NCBI GenBank assembly: GCA_009838735.1
Contig: VXQZ01000031.1
Location: 1,207-65,206 of the forward strand
Direction of reading: 5' to 3'
Length of the DNA stretch: 64,000 bases
Source of the DNA: Chloroflexota bacterium
GTDB lineage: Bacteria > Chloroflexota > Dehalococcoidia > Bin125
Below, piece after piece: positions 58,545-64,000 of this stretch. Position 1 is the stretch's first letter. Every line of letters begins with the position of its first letter. The translations under genes and the position numbers were made by a program. The notes under the pieces were generated by a model, which worked only from the letters and a program-made list of their open reading frames with translations, did no database searches and was not told where the DNA came from.

Positions 58545-59639
58545 TTAAATCGGAATCTTCTCGACCTCTTCCGCCGGCATGATCCCGGCCCATTTGCGCA
58601 GTTCCTCGTTCAGGCGATCCTCGCGGTCGCCCAGGTGGCACTCTCGCAGGTAGCCGAGATACGTCTCGACCTGCTCTCGGCGCAGCTCCGCGACGTCGGC
58701 CATTGCTTCCTCAGCGCCTTCGCGGCCGTCGCCCATGATCACGCCCAACGCGCTGTACAGCGTGTCGTCGCCGTCCTTGGCCAGGTACCACTCGGCCTTG
58801 TTCAGGTAGCGGTGGACTTCTTCGCGCCGCTCCGGCTCCCGCAGCATCAGGTAGCGCATGTGGTCGACGAAATACGCCAGGTGGCGTTCGATGTCTTTCT
58901 GGCAGAGCTCGTAGATCTTCCGCTCCGCTTCGGTCTGAGCCAGTTGCTCACCGTGGCGCAACAGCGCGATCAGCATCGCGTCGTGCATCACCGACGCGAC
59001 GCAGAACTCACTGAAGGTGTACGACTGCGTCAGTGGCAAGAACTTCCAGTTGCGGCCGCCGCGGCCCAAGCCGCCGCCGTTGGCCAGCGCCCGCTTGCGC
59101 CAGACCTCATACAGCCGAGCGCCGTCAAAGACCACTGTGCCCAGGAAGAGCTTGACCTCGATGTAGCCGTAGGAAATCTCCTGTAGCCAACGACCGGTGG
59201 TCTGTGCCTTGGTCCAGGCGTACTCCGAGATCAACGTGGCGATCTGGCAGACCGCACGCTCCAGGTCGGAGCCGATCGGCGCCAGCGACTCCCAGGGAAT
59301 GTCGGCTGACGAGTTCCAGCGATCCGCAATCGCATCCTCATACAGTCCGGCGCAGAGATCCGACCAGACTTCCGACTTACTGAAGATCGAATAGCCCATC
59401 TGCTCCGTGCGGGTGTCGGGAATCGCGCCCCGGGGAATCTCCGTGTTGTTGTCCCAGTGCTCCGGCACCTCGCCGTAGATGTCGACGTTGAGATACTCGA
59501 AGCGCAGGCCCCCATTCTCGGGCGTCGCCTGTTCCTTGGCTTTGACGCCCCAGTGGACGGGAATGTCCAGCCAATTCGAAGGTAAGCCGGACTGTTCCAG
59601 ACGTTCCTTGGCCGCCGCGACGACATCGCTCTCAGGCAT
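58545..59639 (-). CDS. ferritin-like/diiron-carboxylate-fold protein, paralogue with partly degenerate metal-binding motifs
   Basis: Paralogous to 59784..60881 (shared RKRALANGGGL, EAE(R/K)KI(Y/F)). Only one ExxH-like motif is retained (DIERH). The start is revised to M 59639 (MPESD...) because the track's 59744 start would run through a 26 bp perfect inverted repeat. Confidence 0.55.
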   Translation of the reverse strand: MPESDVVAAAKERLEQSGLPSNWLDIPVHWGVKAKEQATPENGGLRFEYLNVDIYGEVPEHWDNNTEIPRGAIPDTRTEQMGYSIFSKSEVWSDLCAGLYEDAIADRWNSSADIPWESLAPIGSDLERAVCQIATLISEYAWTKAQTTGRWLQEISYGYIEVKLFLGTVVFDGARLYEVWRKRALANGGGLGRGGRNWKFLPLTQSYTFSEFCVASVMHDAMLIALLRHGEQLAQTEAERKIYELCQKDIERHLAYFVDHMRYLMLREPERREEVHRYLNKAEWYLAKDGDDTLYSALGVIMGDGREGAEEAMADVAELRREQVETYLGYLRECHLGDREDRLNEELRKWAGIMPAEEVEKIPI

Positions 59640-59670
59640 GATCAATCTCGCAATCCAAGATTCATCCGTC

Positions 59671-59757
59671 GTAGGGGCGACCCTTGTGGTCGCCCTCCGA
59701 CAACGTTCGCGCCAGTGGCGTTGTACAGGTAAGGGCGACCACAAGGGTCGCCCCTAC
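59671..59757. repeat. perfect 26 bp inverted repeat (GTAGGGGCGACCCTTGTGGTCGCCCT ... AGGGCGACCACAAGGGTCGCCCCTAC), each arm itself a 7 bp hairpin; 35 nt spacer
   Basis: Verified base by base; the arms are exact reverse complements. Each arm holds a GGGCGAC/GTCGCCC self-complementary stem. The spacer holds a CAACG/CGTTG stem. Lies between the two ferritin-like paralogues. Confidence 0.7.
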
Positions 59758-59783
59758 ATTGATGCGTTGGCGCGCCTCAGGCT

Positions 59784-60881
59784 CTAACTCTCGTCGAGCG
59801 CACCCGCCAGTGCCGGGTGCAGACGTCCGCTCTCAAGGCGTCCGCCCAATCCGGCCACGTCGAGTCGGTGCAGGTACTCCAGCACCTGCTTGCGACGTAC
59901 GTGCCAGAAGAGACGCCAGCCCTCGTCGACATCGCCATCGCCGAGCAGATAGACCAGCGCGCCAGCGAGGCCGGGGTTGACCTGGTCCGGGTCGACGGTC
60001 GAGTTCTCAAACATGTCGAGCGTCCAGTGGACTTCCTCGGCCTTCTCGGGGTCGTTCTCCAGCGTGTACTTCAGGTGCGTCACGCCGTAGGCGACATGGC
60101 GCGATTCGTCCTGCGCCGCCAGGCGGAAGATCCGCTTCTCGGCCTCGTTGTGCGCGATCAGCTCGCCCAGCCGGAAGAGCGACTGCACGAAACCCTCACC
60201 GAGGATGTGCAGCATCGAGGACATCTGGGTGAAGTCCTCTGCCTCAAGGATCTGGCGCAGGCCGCCACCACCGCCTTGCAGCAGCAGGCCGCCGCCGTTG
60301 GCCAGCGCGCGCTTGCGGAAGACATCGGTGTGACGCGCCTCGTCCATCACCTGCGACATCAGGAAGAGGCCCGACTCGAAGTGATCGGCGGCAATCCGCG
60401 GCAGCCACTTGCCCGGCACATCGCCGGCAATGAACTCGACCTCGGTCAGCGAGGTGCACAGCTGCGCCATGGCGCGCTCGATGTCCTCGGGCAACTCGTC
60501 CATCGTGTCCCAGGGGATGTCGGTCGCCGACGACCACTGACGCGAGACTGCCTCGTCATAGAGCAATCCGGCCGACTCCGAGAAGGTCTCGGTCGCGTCG
60601 CCCAGCACCCACGGCGTCATTCGCGGCGCGGCGCCCTCTGGCGGAGCAGCCCCGCGCGGCCGGGCTGAGTTGTCCTCGGACGTCGCCGGAATGTCGCCGT
60701 ACAGGGACTTGTTGATCTGCTGCAGGGTCAAACCCTTGCGCCCAGGTTCAGCCGAGACGCCCCACTCCGTATCCAGGTTCAACCAGGAGAGATCAAGCTC
60801 CGGAACCTCCGGCTCGAGTTGCAGTTCGTCCAGCTTGTCAGCGGTCACCATCGTCAAACTCCTCAAGCAGTCGCGGACCAT
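59784..60881 (-). CDS. ferritin-like/diiron-carboxylate-fold protein (two ExxH motifs: MDEARH, DESRH)
   Basis: About 365 aa helical protein with two E-x-x-H motifs about 90 residues apart, as in AurF/R2/desaturase-like diiron oxygenases. Family-level call only. Confidence 0.55.
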   Translation of the reverse strand: MVRDCLRSLTMVTADKLDELQLEPEVPELDLSWLNLDTEWGVSAEPGRKGLTLQQINKSLYGDIPATSEDNSARPRGAAPPEGAAPRMTPWVLGDATETFSESAGLLYDEAVSRQWSSATDIPWDTMDELPEDIERAMAQLCTSLTEVEFIAGDVPGKWLPRIAADHFESGLFLMSQVMDEARHTDVFRKRALANGGGLLLQGGGGGLRQILEAEDFTQMSSMLHILGEGFVQSLFRLGELIAHNEAEKRIFRLAAQDESRHVAYGVTHLKYTLENDPEKAEEVHWTLDMFENSTVDPDQVNPGLAGALVYLLGDGDVDEGWRLFWHVRRKQVLEYLHRLDVAGLGGRLESGRLHPALAGALDES

Positions 60882-60978
60882 CCCGCACGGGCACTGTGTA
60901 CTCGGTTACAAGATAGGGGGTTCGGCCTGGAGTTGTCGAGACCCTGTAAGAGTCGGTTCTGGACTGTCGGAGAGCAGA

Positions 60979-62811
60979 TCACTCCGTCCGATACAGATAG
61001 CGAACATCCCACAATCCGTACAGCGTCGGCGTTGTGTTGCCGAAGACGTTCCGGACGGCACTCAGACGTTCAGCGTGCGAGGTGTATATCAATGGCAGGT
61101 TCTCGGCCACGATCTCCTGGGCCCGGTGATACAGCTCGAACCGCAACTCACGATCCAGCTCCTGGCTGGCGCGGATGTAGAGGTCATCCAGCTCCGCCTC
61201 CCAGGCACTCGCCGGTTCCGGCTGGTTGGGATACCAGAGGTGCAGGTTCTCTGAGCTGTGCCAGAGCACGATGCCGCTGTACGGATCGGGCCCGCCGGTG
61301 AAGCCGATCACGATCGCATCCCAGTCGTAGGACGCGGTCAGCTGGCCAACCAGCTCGCCGAAGTCAACCACCTGGAAGTCGACATTCAGGCCAATCTCGG
61401 TCATCCCCTGATGGATGATCTCCGTCACCTGTTCGCGAACCTCGTTGCCCTCGTTGGTCGCCATCACAAACGCGATCTCGTTGCCGCGGTCGTCCTCGCG
61501 GAACCCGTCGCCGTCGCGGTCGGTCCAGCCGAGTTCGTCGAGGATCGCGTTGGCTCGATCGAGGTCGTAGTCATATGTCGCGACATCCGGGTTGTGGAAA
61601 TCGCCAGCAGCCGGACTGATCGGCGACCACTGCGGATAACCCAGCCCGTGCTGGACCTGCTCGATAATCGCGTCCTTGTCGACGATGTAAGCCACGGCCC
61701 GCCGGAACTCCAAATTCCCGAACCAGTACCGCTTCTCCTCGGGGAGGTACGCCTCGCCGCTCTGCGGATTGGTCCCCTGGTTCTGGTTGAAGGCCAGGAA
61801 CGTCGAGCCGAAGTTCGGTCCCCGTCGGTGGATAGTGAAGTTCTCTTCTTCCTGCAATGGTTCCAGGTCCGCGAACTCTTGCCCAAGGACGCCGTGAACG
61901 TCGGCCAGGCCGCTGCGAAACGCCTCGAGTTCGCTATCCAGATCCGGAACCACCACCTGCACGATCCGGTCGAGATACGGCAGGCGATTGCCGTCTGCGT
62001 CGGTCAGCCAGTAGTCGGGGTTGCGGCGGAACACCACCCGTTCGCCGGCCACGTACTCCTCGATCAGGAACGGACCCGTGCCGATGATCTCGGACGGATC
62101 GGTGTTGAGATCCCAGACCTCATTGAACGTGCCCGCGTCGACATACGGTTGCAGGATGTGCTGGGGATAGATCGCCGTTGCCATTGAGCGCAGGAACGGC
62201 GCGAAGGAAACCGGCAGCACGCACTGCACGGTGTACTCGTCGATCGCTTCAACAGTCATCGGCGCGACCTGCCACTCGCCGTTCTCGTCCAAGAGACGGA
62301 AGTTGAACGTGGCGCGAGTCGATGTCGGAATGTCCTCGTTGTAAATGATCTGATTGAAGGTGAACTCGACATCAGCGGCGGTGAATGGCTCGCCGTCGTG
62401 CCAGCGCACGTCGCGCCGCAGGTAGAAGGTCCAGGTCAGTCCGTCGGCCGAGACGTCCCAGGTGTGGGCCAGGTTGGGCTGCGGCTCACCGCTGAGCCAG
62501 GAGATTTCGGTCAGCCCTTCGAACAGATTGCCCAGCACGCCCGACGAGCCGGCGTCATTGGCCAGGGCCAGGTTCAGCGTCAACGGCTCAGAGATGGTCG
62601 CGAATGTCAGCGTCCCGCCGTACTCGCCAATCTCGTACTCGAACGCCTCGGCGTTGGCCCGCAGCCGGCCGACCGTGTCCTCTTCTTCATCAGTGACCAA
62701 CAGCTCAGGAGAAACCGGAATCTCGTCGGAGCAGCCGCTCCAAAGGAGCGCCGCCGCCAGCATCGCCAACACCACGAATCCTGCGCGCCTCCGGGAACGT
62801 CCACGCACCAT
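60979..62811 (-). CDS. ABC transporter substrate-binding protein, family 5 (peptide/nickel/oligosaccharide-type), lipoprotein
   Basis: Signal peptide with a lipobox-like LWSGC. About 610 aa with family-5 SBP size and motifs. Confidence 0.8.
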   Translation of the reverse strand: MVRGRSRRRAGFVVLAMLAAALLWSGCSDEIPVSPELLVTDEEEDTVGRLRANAEAFEYEIGEYGGTLTFATISEPLTLNLALANDAGSSGVLGNLFEGLTEISWLSGEPQPNLAHTWDVSADGLTWTFYLRRDVRWHDGEPFTAADVEFTFNQIIYNEDIPTSTRATFNFRLLDENGEWQVAPMTVEAIDEYTVQCVLPVSFAPFLRSMATAIYPQHILQPYVDAGTFNEVWDLNTDPSEIIGTGPFLIEEYVAGERVVFRRNPDYWLTDADGNRLPYLDRIVQVVVPDLDSELEAFRSGLADVHGVLGQEFADLEPLQEEENFTIHRRGPNFGSTFLAFNQNQGTNPQSGEAYLPEEKRYWFGNLEFRRAVAYIVDKDAIIEQVQHGLGYPQWSPISPAAGDFHNPDVATYDYDLDRANAILDELGWTDRDGDGFREDDRGNEIAFVMATNEGNEVREQVTEIIHQGMTEIGLNVDFQVVDFGELVGQLTASYDWDAIVIGFTGGPDPYSGIVLWHSSENLHLWYPNQPEPASAWEAELDDLYIRASQELDRELRFELYHRAQEIVAENLPLIYTSHAERLSAVRNVFGNTTPTLYGLWDVRYLYRTE

Positions 62812-62982
62812 CCAACTCCTCCCGTTCTCAACACCAAACCGAGCCTATCAGCGAATCCAGCGCATCAGGGCGGTTCGCGCAACGACTCCGCGGGACAACC
62901 GCAATCGGTTCCGGTCTCCTATTCCCGCCTCCTGGTGTCGGATACGATTGGGAAGAACTTCACGACCACTCCTGGAGCCCAC

Positions 62983-63873
62983 ATGTCCCTCCCCACCTTT
63001 GAGAATGTCCTGCTCGAGCGCACCGGCACCGATGACCGGATCGGCGTGCTCACGCTGAACCGGCCCGAGAAGATGAACGCGCTCTCGCAAGAGCTGATCT
63101 ACGACTTCCGCGACGCCTGCGAGCACTTCGAGGCCGACGACGATGTCCGCGTGATCATCGTCAAGGGCGCCGGCCGTACCTTCTCCGCCGGCTACGACCT
63201 GACCCCGGCCGGTGGCTACGGCGCCGATGCTGTCCACCGACGCTTCCGCACCGTCGACGACGAGGGCAACCGCCTGATCATGGGCATCCGCGGCGGCATG
63301 GCCCGCGTGACCGACATCTGGCTCTACTTCTGGAACATGCAGAAAGTGACGATCGCTCAACTTCATGGCTACGCGATCGCCGGCGGCTTCGAGCTGTCGA
63401 TGATGGCCGACCTCGTGGTCGCCGCCGAGGATACGCAGATCGGCCACCCCGGTCTGCGCTTCGCCGGTTCGCGCACCTCGGCGATCCTGCCGCTGCTGAC
63501 CAACATGCGCAAAGCCAAGGAGCTCTTCTACACCGGCGACCCGATTCGCGCGACAGAAGCGGCCGAACTCAACCTGATCAACTACGCGGTCCCGCGAGAC
63601 GAACTGGAAGAGAAGACCCTCGCTCTGGCCGAGCGCGTCTCCAACCTGCCCGCCGATCACCTGGCCCAGCTCAAGGTCCACGTCAACCGCTTCTACGAGA
63701 ACATGGGCATCTACTCCTCGCTGCGCTCCTCGACCGACCTCGACGCGGTCGGCACCTTCACCAGTCAGCACTACGAGTGGTCCCGGCGGATGCGCGACGA
63801 AGGACTCAAGGGAGCCCTCGCGTGGAGAGACGGCCCCTTCGGCGACTACTCCCAGGCCCCTCGCAACCGCTAG
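62983..63873 (+). CDS. enoyl-CoA hydratase/isomerase family protein
   Basis: LTLNRPEKMNAL, FSAGYDL and GYAIAGGFELSMMADLVVA. The start is taken at M 62983 rather than the track's 62398, whose upstream part is Arg/Pro-rich nonsense. Confidence 0.8.
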   Translation: MSLPTFENVLLERTGTDDRIGVLTLNRPEKMNALSQELIYDFRDACEHFEADDDVRVIIVKGAGRTFSAGYDLTPAGGYGADAVHRRFRTVDDEGNRLIMGIRGGMARVTDIWLYFWNMQKVTIAQLHGYAIAGGFELSMMADLVVAAEDTQIGHPGLRFAGSRTSAILPLLTNMRKAKELFYTGDPIRATEAAELNLINYAVPRDELEEKTLALAERVSNLPADHLAQLKVHVNRFYENMGIYSSLRSSTDLDAVGTFTSQHYEWSRRMRDEGLKGALAWRDGPFGDYSQAPRNR

Positions 63874-63940
63874 GGAGATGGGCAACAGCCCAGATCGAGA
63901 CCGCCTCGTTCACTCATACCCGAAACGGGAATTGGACTAC

Positions 63941-64000
63941 ACATGCCTACGTTCGTTGGCCTTGATCTCGCTTGGAAGGCTGAGAACGAGAGCGGCGTGT
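63941..64000 (+). CDS. possible start of a CDS running off the window (function unassignable)
   Basis: ATG with 20 in-frame codons to the window edge. Too short to classify. Confidence 0.25.

Noticed and set aside
62398-62982. Upstream 195-codon extension of the last crotonase ORF (track start 62398), and the antisense 345-aa ORF 62848..63885
   Set aside because: The extension is Arg/Pro-rich with no domain and overlaps the SBP gene on the other strand. A conserved crotonase N-terminus begins at M 62983. The antisense ORF lies opposite the crotonase.
1-64000. CRISPR arrays, rRNA genes, IS elements and integrases
   Set aside because: No regularly spaced direct repeats of 24-40 bp, no 16S/23S-like conserved stretches, and no transposase or recombinase-like ORFs were seen in any frame.

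Overview
This 64 kb window is high-GC (about 65-68%), gene-dense chromosomal DNA. It is dominated by catabolic and CoA-metabolism genes: three family III CoA-transferases, six enoyl-CoA hydratases, two SDRs, an LLM flavin oxidoreductase, an amidase, a penicillin-acylase-family Ntn hydrolase and an acyl-CoA synthetase. There is a complete membrane-linked electron-transfer flavoprotein module, EtfD-like Fe-S/cytochrome-b oxidoreductase plus EtfB and EtfA. A CbbQ/NorQ-type AAA+ ATPase, a metallophosphoesterase and a roughly 1100 aa NorD/CbbO-like VWA protein form a three-gene module. Two divergent, paralogous double-FtsX permeases of about 1135 aa lie next to two tandem MFS transporters. IlvD, CoaE, an SOS mutasome cassette (imuB-dnaE2) with a candidate LexA box, a VapBC toxin-antitoxin pair and two tandem secreted PKD/RCC1-repeat proteins are also present. 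The gene content resembles Chloroflexi (SAR202- or Thermomicrobia-like) or Actinobacteria lineages, but lineage cannot be fixed from sequence alone. No rRNA, tRNA, CRISPR array or transposase was recognised. The most unusual feature is a roughly 1.9 kb low-GC insertion (about 52% GC) placed directly after ilvD. It encodes an ABC/AAA_15-type ATPase whose stop overlaps the start of a small PIN-domain nuclease. This looks like a horizontally acquired ATPase-plus-nuclease cassette of the kind found in phage-defence or abortive-infection systems, and it does not match a named system I can recognise. Other notable items are a recurring GC-rich hairpin element after four stop codons, a perfect 26 bp compound inverted repeat between two ferritin-like paralogous genes, a phased GGAC repeat array upstream of the LLM gene, and several tandem paralogue pairs of unknown function.
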